Part shown: positions 1-9,559 of the stretch, in pieces
Layout: the number at the start of each line of letters is the position of its first letter
How positions within the stretch are numbered: the stretch's first letter is position 1
Assembly: GCA_963674595.2 (NCBI GenBank)
Contig: CAXXFV010000023.1
Span: forward strand, 160,001 to 224,000
Length of the DNA stretch: 64,000 nucleotides
Reading direction: 5' to 3'
Source of the DNA: a bacterium
GTDB lineage: Bacteria > Zhuqueibacterota > Zhuqueibacteria > Residuimicrobiales > Krinioviventaceae
Translations under genes and position numbers: made by a program
The notes under the pieces: model-generated
What the model was told of the DNA's origin: nothing
Database searches by the model: none
The model's input: only the letters and a program-made list of their open reading frames with translations

Positions 1-1
1 T

Positions 2-280
2 GAAGCGCTGAGAATGGCCGATAAAAGCGCTTACGATTTGGCTTTAGTCGATCTGGTATTACCAGGAAGTTTGAATGGTTTGGGTATTATTGAACGTCTT
101 CGCAACAAATCGAATAACATCCGCATTGTTGCATTTACCGGATTTGGAAGTGAAGATGCTGCAGATGTTTCGGTTAAGGCCGGCGCAGATGTTTTTATGG
201 CTAAACCATTTTGGTCCAAACATTTGGTCGATACTGTTAATCGGCTGATCCGGAAAAACTATACAAAAAAAGTAAGTTAA
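2..280 (+). CDS. Response regulator receiver-domain protein, 5'-truncated by the window edge
   Basis: The frame is open from nt 2 (EALRMADKSAYDLALVDLVLPG). Phosphoacceptor Asp (LVDL), Thr (FTGF) and Lys-Pro (AKPF) motifs are present. Closely paralogous to the N-terminus of the next gene. Confidence 0.9.
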   Translation, partial: EALRMADKSAYDLALVDLVLPGSLNGLGIIERLRNKSNNIRIVAFTGFGSEDAADVSVKAGADVFMAKPFWSKHLVDTVNRLIRKNYTKKVS

Positions 281-315
281 TAGTTACAACTTAATCTCGT
301 GTTTAGGAGAGGTCA

Positions 316-1224
316 ATGGCCCGAATATTAGTCGTCGATGACGAACAGGAAATACGCAATATTAGTGCAGATGTCTTACAAATTGAAGGCTTTGTTGTAG
401 ACACTGCTAAAGATGGCGATGAAGCTTTACACTTTGCTGATTCAAACAAGTATGATTTAGCCCTCGTAGACCTTGTCTTGCCGGGAAGTATGAATGGCTT
501 GGACATAATTGAGCGGTTGAGAACGCTGTCTCCTAATATTAAAATTATTGCGTTTACCGGATTCGGTGGCATGGAAGTCGCAGAAAAAACCGTTAAAGCC
601 GGCGCTGATGACTTTATGACAAAGCCATTTTGGGCAAACCACCTTATTCAGGCTGTAAGAAAACTTGTGGAAGAAGAAACAGCACCTCCTCCTGAGGCAA
701 AACCGAAAAATGTTGATACGCAAACAGAACAGAAACCAAAAAGTATGCAACCTGTTGTGCCACGATTATTAAGCGGATTTGATAATAAAGTTGTAGCCAG
801 TTTCATTAAAGCCGGAAATCGAAAACAAATTAAAGAAGGCGGAGAATTAGAAGTCAAGTGTAATCGGGAACTCGCTGTAATTTTAGCAGGTTCTGCCCGA
901 TGTCTATTTCGTAATGGTGTTGTTGGTGATTTGAAGGGTGGCGACGCAATAGGCGAAGCATCCTTGTTTATAAAAAGCTCTGATATCGACATGATTTTAG
1001 AAGCTGAGACGGATTTAGATGTTGTTGTCTTTTCCAAAGATGACCTGAGAAAGTTTTTTATGAGCCAGGATAAAAAGTTTTTTACACGGTTTGCAGCGAA
1101 TGTAATTATCGGTTTGTCAAGCAAGGTTTTTGATGCTTATGAACAAATCGCCGTAAATAGTGCAGCCAGGAATACATCTAAGATGTTCAGAGGATCATCG
1201 ATTCATAATAAGATGATAGCCTGA
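316..1224 (+). CDS. Response regulator: REC domain, Pro/Lys-rich linker and degenerate cyclic-nucleotide-binding-like domain
   Basis: ILVVDDE...LVDLVLPG...FTGF...TKPF marks the REC domain. The C-terminal VILAGSARC...LKGGDAIGEASLF...EAETDLDVVVFSKDDL resembles a cNMP-binding domain. RBS AGGAG upstream. Confidence 0.85.
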   Translation: MARILVVDDEQEIRNISADVLQIEGFVVDTAKDGDEALHFADSNKYDLALVDLVLPGSMNGLDIIERLRTLSPNIKIIAFTGFGGMEVAEKTVKAGADDFMTKPFWANHLIQAVRKLVEEETAPPPEAKPKNVDTQTEQKPKSMQPVVPRLLSGFDNKVVASFIKAGNRKQIKEGGELEVKCNRELAVILAGSARCLFRNGVVGDLKGGDAIGEASLFIKSSDIDMILEAETDLDVVVFSKDDLRKFFMSQDKKFFTRFAANVIIGLSSKVFDAYEQIAVNSAARNTSKMFRGSSIHNKMIA

Positions 1225-1266
1225 ACGAACAAGTTAGGCTTTTAGAGATTGTAAAGGAAGGTATCC

Positions 1267-2256
1267 ATGTCTGAAAAACATGAAACAGCATTAGAGTTTG
1301 AGCTTCTTCAAATTGAAGAAAAGGGAGCACAGATGGCCCGAAAATGGTGGAACTATGTTCGATGGCTGTCTACTGTTAGCTTTCTGTCTGTAGGCATTCT
1401 GCAAATGGCAATGAATAATATGGAGCTTCCCAAAGACGCTTTCCTGCTTACGTTAACAGGAATAGTATTATTAAATATCGTCTACAGTTTTTTCTTGGGT
1501 AGTTATACCAAACAACAACTTTACCATGTTTTTTACAATTTAATGGATGTTGCCATGTTCTCCCTGGCAATATTTATGACAGGTGGTATGAAAAGTCCTT
1601 TAATTTGGAGCTACTTGATACCAATTTTAACATCAAGTATTAATATTGGTCACCGTGCCGGGTTGACCGCGAGTATCGCCAGTGTTATCGGCTTATTTAT
1701 GGTGATGCTTATGGACAGCAGCGTTGTTGTTTTTGGCATGTCAACATTTGGCGAAAGTGCGAAACATATTTTTCAAAACAATACACATACACTGCTTTCT
1801 TATGCCTGTCTGTTCTTTCTTGCCTATTTTATTTCATCTTTTTTAGCCAATACGTTACGGCTACAAAATGGTATGCTGTCAAAAATGAATTATTTGCTTA
1901 ACAAAAAGAACCGACAACTTATAGAATCTCAGGAAAAACTGGTGCAGATGGAGCGCCGGGCTACAATCGATAAAATGGCAAGAACAATTCAAAATGAACT
2001 GAATGATCCTTTGACGATTGTTTCCATGAATGTAGAGATGTTATCAAAGAGTCAAGCCGCTGTAAAACCGGAACGTATTCATGCGATTGCCGAATCTATT
2101 CAGAGAATTCAAAAAGTTTTGGCCAAAATAGAGGATTTATACAAATCGAGCTCTACCACAAAAAGCAGGTCAAAGGACATAAAAATAGTAGATGTTTATC
2201 AAACAAAAATAAATAATGATTTGCCTATGGACGCTGATCCATACTCAAAAAATTAG
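1267..2256 (+). CDS. Membrane sensor-like protein with HisKA-like helix; no phospho-His and no HATPase domain
   Basis: About 5-6 TM helices (FMTGGMKSPL, PilS-like), then a coiled coil ESQEKLVQMER and an H-box-like TIQNELNDPLTIV. The protein ends without N/G1/G2 boxes. Confidence 0.75.
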   Translation: MSEKHETALEFELLQIEEKGAQMARKWWNYVRWLSTVSFLSVGILQMAMNNMELPKDAFLLTLTGIVLLNIVYSFFLGSYTKQQLYHVFYNLMDVAMFSLAIFMTGGMKSPLIWSYLIPILTSSINIGHRAGLTASIASVIGLFMVMLMDSSVVVFGMSTFGESAKHIFQNNTHTLLSYACLFFLAYFISSFLANTLRLQNGMLSKMNYLLNKKNRQLIESQEKLVQMERRATIDKMARTIQNELNDPLTIVSMNVEMLSKSQAAVKPERIHAIAESIQRIQKVLAKIEDLYKSSSTTKSRSKDIKIVDVYQTKINNDLPMDADPYSKN

Positions 2257-2280
2257 TCGGTTTAAAATAAAGAATGTGTT

Positions 2281-3495
2281 ATGGTACAAGATATTTTACA
2301 TAAAGTTATTGATTCATTACCAAAACATGTTGATGGTCTGGAAAGACAATTGGCAATCGGTAAGCAGGTTATGAGTCTGTCTCATCAGGAACGTGAAATA
2401 TTACATGATCAGATGAATAAATACCTTGTGTATATGAGAGAAAGTTCTTCGTCTGACATTGAAATAGGAGGGGCAACCGCTGGTGAAAAGATTTGGCTTC
2501 GCGTTTACGGAAAAAAAGCACCGCATACCGATTTGGGTCTTTTAACTTTGGATGAATCTGATGTACTATTGCAAAGTTTAATATCGCCAAAGCAAAGAGA
2601 ACGATTGTTTAAAAATCGTGCTACAGATTTTTCTTATTCATTAAAACATAACGGTGGCGTCTTTCGTTGGCGTGCCAGTATGTATATGGATTATGGCTAT
2701 TTAGCCTTAAATATGAGGTCAATCAATGACCAGGTCCTTCCCTTTATTAAACTAGGTTTGCATCGAAATATTGCCAAGTCATTATCATTGGCTCATGAAA
2801 AACAAGGCCTCATTTTAATTACCGGTATCACTGGTTCCGGTAAAAGTACGACAATGGACTCTATTATTGATGCAAATAATCAGACTGTGGAAGGACACAT
2901 TGTTATTATTGGTGATCCAATTGAATTTATACATAATTCCAAAAGATGTATTGTAAGGCACAGAGAAGTAGGTCGTGATGTCCTTTCTTTTAAAGATGGC
3001 GCCATACAGGCATTACGACAGGATCCTGATATCATTGTTGTCGGTGAAATGAGAGATCCCGAGACAATTATGACATGTTTGGAGATAACAGATACCGGAC
3101 ATAAAGTTTTTTCAACACTACATACCTGTTCTGCCGTAGAAACAATTGACCGAATTGTAGCAGAAGTACCGGAAGTTGAGCAAGACCGTGTAAGAAGCCG
3201 GTTGGCAGATGTTTTAAGAGTTGTTATGTCTCAAAAACTTGTGCCAACCATGGATAATAAATTAACATTGGCAAAAGAAATATTGTTGGTTACATCATCC
3301 GTGAAAGCGGCTATCAGGAATAAAAATACACATGAAATATATCAAATGATCAGTGAAGGTGGAAAGATTGGGATGATGACACTCGAGCAGGATTTATACA
3401 CGTTGTATAAAAAAAGAGTAATCAGTGAACAAACGGCATTTGATTTTGCGAATAATAAAAAACGATTGCAAGAACTCTTGCTTAATAGAGTTTAG
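2281..3495 (+). CDS. pilT: PilT/PilU-family type IV pilus retraction ATPase
   Basis: Walker A GITGSGKST, Asp box GDPIEF, ALRQDPDIIVVGEMRD, His box TGHKVFSTLH, AAIRN, GMMTLEQDL. Confidence 0.9.
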   Translation: MVQDILHKVIDSLPKHVDGLERQLAIGKQVMSLSHQEREILHDQMNKYLVYMRESSSSDIEIGGATAGEKIWLRVYGKKAPHTDLGLLTLDESDVLLQSLISPKQRERLFKNRATDFSYSLKHNGGVFRWRASMYMDYGYLALNMRSINDQVLPFIKLGLHRNIAKSLSLAHEKQGLILITGITGSGKSTTMDSIIDANNQTVEGHIVIIGDPIEFIHNSKRCIVRHREVGRDVLSFKDGAIQALRQDPDIIVVGEMRDPETIMTCLEITDTGHKVFSTLHTCSAVETIDRIVAEVPEVEQDRVRSRLADVLRVVMSQKLVPTMDNKLTLAKEILLVTSSVKAAIRNKNTHEIYQMISEGGKIGMMTLEQDLYTLYKKRVISEQTAFDFANNKKRLQELLLNRV

Positions 3496-3503
3496 GAAAT
3501 AAA

Positions 3504-5054
3504 ATGGGTAAAAGAGTACTTGGCATATTTATCGATGGACAGATTTTAAAATCGGCATTGGTTCATAAAATTGAAGACAGTCTTGTCCTTGAACGTATGG
3601 AAACCGTCAAACTTTATGACTCTCTAGACCTTTCAGAAACGATGGATGCTCTGGAAGATGATGAAGAAAATGATGTTTTTGCCAGCGAGGAGGAAGAGAG
3701 TCCATTTGAACTGGATGGCGACGCTGAAAACAGCATGACAGTTGTTCAGGCAGACAGCAACGCAGATGTTATACTGGATTTGATAAAGAATATGATACCC
3801 AAAGGGACATCTGTAGCCATTAATATATGTGATACATATACTGTTTATAAAGATATTCCTGCCCTTTCAGATGGAAAATTGAAAAATATTAAAAAAGATA
3901 TTTGGAAAGAATTCAATCCGGGTGCGGAGCTTGATCCAATTACCGAAAACATTGGATATTTTAAAAGGCACGATGGCAGTTATGTGGGTATGTATCATGA
4001 TGATCCGATCGTATTTTCCACTTTATTGGCAGAGACTATTGAATATACAAAGAAACAGCCGCCCCGTATCGATTTAATTGATACTATTGAATTTGCTCTG
4101 GCTCATGAAGTTAGTTACGGATTTGACCTGGGTGAAAACGAACATGTCGCTGTTATCGTTTTTGCCAAAAGATTTACTAAAATATTTTTTATGCTTGGCA
4201 ATGAAATAGAGCTGGTCCTTCCCACCATTCATGAAGGGTCCGATTCAAAGAGTATTTGTGAAACTATTTTGTCAAAAATATTGTTTGAATTCGATTCCGG
4301 TAATATAGGTCCGTTGCACAGAATGATTATGGTTGGTGACAGTGAAGTTGTAAATGCTGAACAAATATTCCAGGAAAAATTAATTTCACTCCCAATTCAA
4401 AGATTTGATATAGAACGTTTGACCTTTGCTTCAGAAATTGAAACACAGGAAAATCGTATTAAAGATTATGGTGTGGCCATTGCGCTGGCAATTAAAGCCC
4501 TTGAGGGAAGAAAAGATTCCCTGTATAATCAAAACTATTTACCAAGACGAATTCGGGACAAACAATCCGTTTATAAACTCGCCTGGCATGGTATGGTAAC
4601 GCTGGCTTTACTGTTTGTTTGTGTGATGTTTTTGAGCTACAACAGTATAAAACGCGCCCAGGAAATTCAGTTAGCCAAAGAGTCTATTGGAGAATTAGAC
4701 TATAAACTTCAATCTCTTGCATCCGTTGAAATGGAAGTAGACAGCCTGAGGTTTCAGATAAACAAATTACAGGCGGGAGCATCGCTATTGGATTCACTAT
4801 TACAAAATGTGACTCGATGGTCTCCTGTTATGGAAATTTTTTCCGATGCACATCGCAAAGTCGGAAACTTTTCAATAGTCAATATGAAAACTAATACAAA
4901 CAATAAATTTGTTGTTGATGCTGAAGTGACAGACAAAAATGCTGTTGCAGAATTGGAAAGATTTATAAACAATAGCCGTGTTTTATCAGTTGTCACTACC
5001 CAACAAGAAGCCGGCAATAATTTACGTGTTCAGATAGAGTGTGTAGTTGATTAA
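3504..5054 (+). CDS. PilM-PilN fusion-like (GspL-like) alignment subunit
   Basis: N-terminal VLGIFIDG actin-like start and YGVAIALAIK at the PilM end. These are followed by the PilN-like NYLP motif, one TM helix, a coiled coil and a periplasmic domain (RWSPVME). Lies between pilT and the secretin. Confidence 0.7.
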   Translation: MGKRVLGIFIDGQILKSALVHKIEDSLVLERMETVKLYDSLDLSETMDALEDDEENDVFASEEEESPFELDGDAENSMTVVQADSNADVILDLIKNMIPKGTSVAINICDTYTVYKDIPALSDGKLKNIKKDIWKEFNPGAELDPITENIGYFKRHDGSYVGMYHDDPIVFSTLLAETIEYTKKQPPRIDLIDTIEFALAHEVSYGFDLGENEHVAVIVFAKRFTKIFFMLGNEIELVLPTIHEGSDSKSICETILSKILFEFDSGNIGPLHRMIMVGDSEVVNAEQIFQEKLISLPIQRFDIERLTFASEIETQENRIKDYGVAIALAIKALEGRKDSLYNQNYLPRRIRDKQSVYKLAWHGMVTLALLFVCVMFLSYNSIKRAQEIQLAKESIGELDYKLQSLASVEMEVDSLRFQINKLQAGASLLDSLLQNVTRWSPVMEIFSDAHRKVGNFSIVNMKTNTNNKFVVDAEVTDKNAVAELERFINNSRVLSVVTTQQEAGNNLRVQIECVVD

Positions 5055-5082
5055 GGTCAATTTTTAAAGTAGGTATATTTGT

Positions 5083-6021
5083 ATGTCTTATACAATTCGA
5101 AATACGATTATTTTAGCAGCCTTTTGGACGATTATATTGGCTGTTGGATTTTACAATCTGTACGGACGTCAAGGTAAAATCAAAAAACAATTAATTGCGG
5201 AAAAGACACAAAAGTTTAAAAAAGTAACCCGACTTGAAGAACTGGCCCGTGACCGAACCGAGTTATACGAGTTTTATCAAAAGATTAAAGATATGCATAA
5301 GGATCAAAATTGTGTGATTACGGCCGGTGAAACTCCTGGTGAAACTTATGACTATATCTTGAGAGAAGTAAAAAGAGATAACGCTAAATTAGACCTTGAT
5401 TTGGTATTTATGCAGGAAGATTCGGTTCAGGGTGTTTCACATAAAGTCTATGCATTCAGTGGTGAGGGAAATTTTGTTGATTTATATAAAATTATTTGGT
5501 TTATCGAGAATGGTCCAATTTATTATGATTTGAGATCAATCTCTATTGACCGTATAGACAGAGATGAAATAGGTCCGGTTGCCAATCAGGCAGAAATCAG
5601 TTTTTCTTCAACTCTTCACTCATACTCAGGAAAAGAAGGCCCCAGTATTACATTATTAAATGAAAGTGTTGGAGAACCTGTTCAATTAGCAAATATGGTT
5701 AAACCTATGTTTAAAAGTTACATGCCTGAACCTGTTAGAGCCCCTAAAACAAATTATGCTGCTGTTTCAAAACCTGCTCCGGTTGTTCAGCGAAACACAG
5801 AGGGCTTGCCGGAAATTTCCGCATCAAGTGAATTGTTGGCTATAACCCCGTTTTCAGTTATGGTAAAAGGTAACAAGGGCAGGACTTATAAACTAAGAAA
5901 AGGAGACCGTATTTTCGGTGGTTATTTACAAAATATTAATCCTGTTCAACATAATGCAGTTTTTCAAATTAGTAAAGGTGGCGGTTCAAGTCCGCTTGTC
6001 TTAACTCTGGTATCAAAATAA
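5083..6021 (+). CDS. PilO-like protein with C-terminal PilP/HR-like domain
   Basis: N-terminal TM and coiled coil, GEGNFVDLYKIIWFIEN (PilO/GspM-like), Pro-rich linker, and C-terminal YKLRKGDRIFGGYLQNI (PilP-like). Operon position fits. Confidence 0.6.
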   Translation: MSYTIRNTIILAAFWTIILAVGFYNLYGRQGKIKKQLIAEKTQKFKKVTRLEELARDRTELYEFYQKIKDMHKDQNCVITAGETPGETYDYILREVKRDNAKLDLDLVFMQEDSVQGVSHKVYAFSGEGNFVDLYKIIWFIENGPIYYDLRSISIDRIDRDEIGPVANQAEISFSSTLHSYSGKEGPSITLLNESVGEPVQLANMVKPMFKSYMPEPVRAPKTNYAAVSKPAPVVQRNTEGLPEISASSELLAITPFSVMVKGNKGRTYKLRKGDRIFGGYLQNINPVQHNAVFQISKGGGSSPLVLTLVSK

Positions 6022-6033
6022 GAGAAGAGTTCA

Positions 6034-7614
6034 ATGAAAAAGAAAAGAACACTATTGTTAGCAGTTGTTTTTGCCTGTATATTTAAAGTTGCTGATGCGC
6101 AAGATCGGCTGCCTCGGGAGTACGTACCTCCTGAAGAATTAGTGTCCATGAATAGTGACTTGGAATTAGGTGTGGCACTGGATCTGTTAAGTGAATATTC
6201 AATACAATTTGCAGGAAAGCCGATTTATGATCCTTTGAAAACAAAAGGATCAATTGGCGTTGATATACGTGGACTTCCCTGGCAAAAAGCATTGGAAATG
6301 ATTCTAAGCAGCAAGGGGTTGTGGTTTGTGGAGAGCGAACATTACCTCCAGGTTGTAGAGGCAAATGAATCTGGAGCACAAGGTGATATTATTAAACTTG
6401 AAGACGGCACACAGTTAAAGGTAGGCGGTCGTGAAGTTAAAATTGAAGCCATCTTTTTTGAAGGTAACCGAAAAAGTCTTAGAGAAATTGGAATTGACTG
6501 GAGTACTTTTTATAACGGTGAATTGGATTTAACGGCAGATGCTATTGGCGCTCTTAATATGGGTGAAGAGTATTTTACTTTGGATATGACTTTTCCCAAG
6601 AAAACATTTGGTGTTGATATTCACGCTCTTTTAAAAGCTTTTGATTCTAATAATGTTGGTGAAGTTTTGGCCCAACCTCAAATTGTCGTAATGGAAGGAA
6701 AACAGGGAAAAATTCAGGTTGGACAAGATTTTTCAATCAAAACCCGTGATTTTGCTGGAAATGTTATTGACCGCTTTTTTAGCACCGGAACTATATTACA
6801 GGTTACGCCTTATATTTTAAACGATGCAGAAAAAGGTAAAGCAATATTTCTTAACATACACGTAGAACGCAGTCAGGCAGTTCCTGATGTTGTTAGTACA
6901 ATTATCAATAAATCGGAGGCTAATTCTAATCTACAGTTGTTTGATGGCGAAGAAACCTTGATTGCCGGACTATATTCAACTGAAAATACGATGTTAAGAA
7001 AAGGAATTCCAATATTAAAGGATTTACCCTGGTGGTTATTAGGAATTCGATATATATTTGGATATGAACGTGAAGAGACAACGCAAAAGGAATTGGTCAT
7101 TATAATTAGAGCGTCTTTATTACCGGATGTATATAATCGTGACAATAGTGAAGAAAATGAAATTCAGCAACACAAGTATAATCAGCCGGATGAATTAAAA
7201 TTACGTCCGCTGCAATCTGATTATTATTCGCAGCAATATTCTGAGCAAGAAGCTCGGGATAAAGTCAGGATTATTACATCCTCTGAACCGGAGAGAAAAG
7301 GTGCTGAAAAACGAGTTGAACAATATAAATATGATGATAAATCCGACCATGTAAAAGAGTTAAAGCGCGGCATAATAACCAAACTGCAAAACCAATTGGC
7401 ACTCATTGAATGGGAAGAACCCAATGTAGCTTCCCAGGTTGTTGGTAAATATTTAACTGTTCTTCGCAGAAGCGGAGATCAACCTTTTAAGGCTATCGGC
7501 AAGGTTCATGTAATTAAATTTTACAATTCAAGGACCGTTGCCACCCGTCATTCCCAGGGCAAAACAATGTGTCCAGAGTTGATTGTTGGAGATCGTGTTG
7601 TTGCTAATCTTTAG
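6034..7614 (+). CDS. pilQ: Secretin (PilQ/GspD family) with C-terminal extension
   Basis: Signal peptide, N0-like PWQKALEMIL, secretin core EVKIEA..LREIGIDW..VLAQPQIVV..GTILQVTP..GEETLIAGL..GIPILKDLP..ELVIIIRA. Confidence 0.85.
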   Translation: MKKKRTLLLAVVFACIFKVADAQDRLPREYVPPEELVSMNSDLELGVALDLLSEYSIQFAGKPIYDPLKTKGSIGVDIRGLPWQKALEMILSSKGLWFVESEHYLQVVEANESGAQGDIIKLEDGTQLKVGGREVKIEAIFFEGNRKSLREIGIDWSTFYNGELDLTADAIGALNMGEEYFTLDMTFPKKTFGVDIHALLKAFDSNNVGEVLAQPQIVVMEGKQGKIQVGQDFSIKTRDFAGNVIDRFFSTGTILQVTPYILNDAEKGKAIFLNIHVERSQAVPDVVSTIINKSEANSNLQLFDGEETLIAGLYSTENTMLRKGIPILKDLPWWLLGIRYIFGYEREETTQKELVIIIRASLLPDVYNRDNSEENEIQQHKYNQPDELKLRPLQSDYYSQQYSEQEARDKVRIITSSEPERKGAEKRVEQYKYDDKSDHVKELKRGIITKLQNQLALIEWEEPNVASQVVGKYLTVLRRSGDQPFKAIGKVHVIKFYNSRTVATRHSQGKTMCPELIVGDRVVANL

Positions 7615-7633
7615 CTTATTTTGTTAGTTTATC

Positions 7634-7669
7634 AAGCCGGATGAATAATGTTCGTCCGGCTTTTTTTTT
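7634..7669 (+). terminator. Rho-independent terminator of the pilus operon
   Basis: Stem AGCCGGATGAA/TTCGTCCGGCT followed by a T-run. Confidence 0.85.
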
Positions 7670-7729
7670 GTTTGGTTTTCAAATCTGCTTTAATATATTG
7701 TTGTAAAAATATGTATAAAAGGGCGATGA

Positions 7730-9559
7730 ATGAAAGAATTTCAAATTAAAACTCTGCATCGATCGATCAAACGTCTTTATTCGTTTAAAGAAAAATTAAA
7801 CGGCTTCAGCCGTCGTTATTCCTGGATACGTTTGAGTATTTTTGGTTTTGGGCTTTTTATTAGTTTATTATTCGGTTATTATGGTAAAAATAATCTGGGA
7901 TGGATTTCGTTATTATTTTTTACACTGGTTTTTACTATTGTCGCATTTTTTCATCGACGTATTTTATTTTCGCTAAAACGGTTGGAAAAGTGGATTGTAA
8001 TTAAAGAAACACAATTGGCCCGCCTGGAACTTGATTGGCAGAAAATTGATGTCCCTGATGTTGAAATGAATACAAGCCATCATCCCTTTGCCCGTGATAT
8101 TGACGTAATTGGACCCCGTTCTTTACATCATCTTATAGATTCGGCTGTTTCAGACAAGGGGAGTCAAAAACTGGCGGACTGGTTATGTTCGCAACAGCCT
8201 GATCTTAAAACCATAAACTCCAGACAGAAACTGGTTAAGGAACTTGCCGGAATGCCCCGATTCCGTAACCGTTTGTTACTTGAATTTGTAATAGTGTCCA
8301 AAGAACAACTGCAAAATGAAAATATTATGTCATGGATAAAGGCCGTTCCTTCCCGCTCTATTTTTATATATCTGTCCATTGCCGTTGCTTTACTGGTTTT
8401 GAGTGCTGCGTTTTTTGTTTCAAATATGGTGTTTGCCTGGAAACCCTATTGGGTCCTTTTTTATACTGCTTATGCTTTATTTACCCTGTCAAGACAAACG
8501 TCTCTGGCAAAATATTTTAAATCAATAATTGTAATTGATGATGAATTGGCCAAGTTGTTGACCATTTTTAAATATTTATCCAGGTATCCTTTTCACAACT
8601 CTAAACATATAAAAGAGTTTTGTCGTGAGTTTCAAAATGACAAAAATCCGATTTCTGTTTTACGGAAAATTAAATGGCTCACCGTGACAATCGGCATGAG
8701 AATGAACCCGGTTATGATGGTTGTGCTGAATGCCGTATTTCCCTGGGATTTTTATTTTTCATCTCTTGTGTACATGTATCAGAAAAAAGTCGGTAAAATA
8801 ATTCCTGTATGGCTGGAGAAATTTTATGAACTGGAAGCGTTGTCCTCATTAGCTAATTTTGCAGCGTTAAACCCGGAATATACCTTTCCACGGTGTCAGG
8901 AGTATGGTAAAGATTTTAAAGAATTCCATGTTGAAAAGCTGGGGCACCCGTTGATTCACCCGGCACACAAAGTGTGCAATAATTTCAAACTAGCCCAAAA
9001 TGAAATTGCCGTAATTACCGGTTCCAATATGGCCGGAAAAAGCACATTTTTAAAAACGGTTGGCGTTAATTTGTGTTTAGCCTATGCCGGGGCTCCTGTG
9101 AATGCTGCTTTATTTCAAGTTCCGCTGTTTCGTTTATATACCTGTATCCAAATAAATGATTCCGTGACAGACGGCTTGTCGTTTTTTTATACGGAGGTGA
9201 AACGGCTAAAATTAATACTTGATGTGGTGGGTGAACAGGGAGAAATGCCCGTTTTATTTTTAATAGATGAGATTTTTAAAGGGACAAATAATAAAGAACG
9301 ACTTATCGGCAGCCGTTCATATCTTGAAGAAATTGTTCGTAAAAAGGGTATCGGGCTTGTTTCAACCCATGATCTGGAACTTGCCCGATTGAGTGATGAT
9401 TATCCCAATTTGAAAAATTATCATTTTCGGGAAACAATTGAAAACAATAAAATGGTTTTTGACTTTTTACTTAGACCGGGACCTTGTCCGACAACCAATG
9501 CCTTGCGGATTATGCAGCTTGAAGGATTACCGGTTTTAGATCAACCTACTTTCCGTTAA
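7730..9559 (+). CDS. Membrane-anchored MutS-family (domain V) ATPase
   Basis: N-terminal and internal TM segments, LGHPLI, Walker A GSNMAGKST, FFYTEVKRL, LIDEIFKGTN, STHDLEL. No mismatch-binding domain I. Confidence 0.85.
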   Translation: MKEFQIKTLHRSIKRLYSFKEKLNGFSRRYSWIRLSIFGFGLFISLLFGYYGKNNLGWISLLFFTLVFTIVAFFHRRILFSLKRLEKWIVIKETQLARLELDWQKIDVPDVEMNTSHHPFARDIDVIGPRSLHHLIDSAVSDKGSQKLADWLCSQQPDLKTINSRQKLVKELAGMPRFRNRLLLEFVIVSKEQLQNENIMSWIKAVPSRSIFIYLSIAVALLVLSAAFFVSNMVFAWKPYWVLFYTAYALFTLSRQTSLAKYFKSIIVIDDELAKLLTIFKYLSRYPFHNSKHIKEFCREFQNDKNPISVLRKIKWLTVTIGMRMNPVMMVVLNAVFPWDFYFSSLVYMYQKKVGKIIPVWLEKFYELEALSSLANFAALNPEYTFPRCQEYGKDFKEFHVEKLGHPLIHPAHKVCNNFKLAQNEIAVITGSNMAGKSTFLKTVGVNLCLAYAGAPVNAALFQVPLFRLYTCIQINDSVTDGLSFFYTEVKRLKLILDVVGEQGEMPVLFLIDEIFKGTNNKERLIGSRSYLEEIVRKKGIGLVSTHDLELARLSDDYPNLKNYHFRETIENNKMVFDFLLRPGPCPTTNALRIMQLEGLPVLDQPTFR

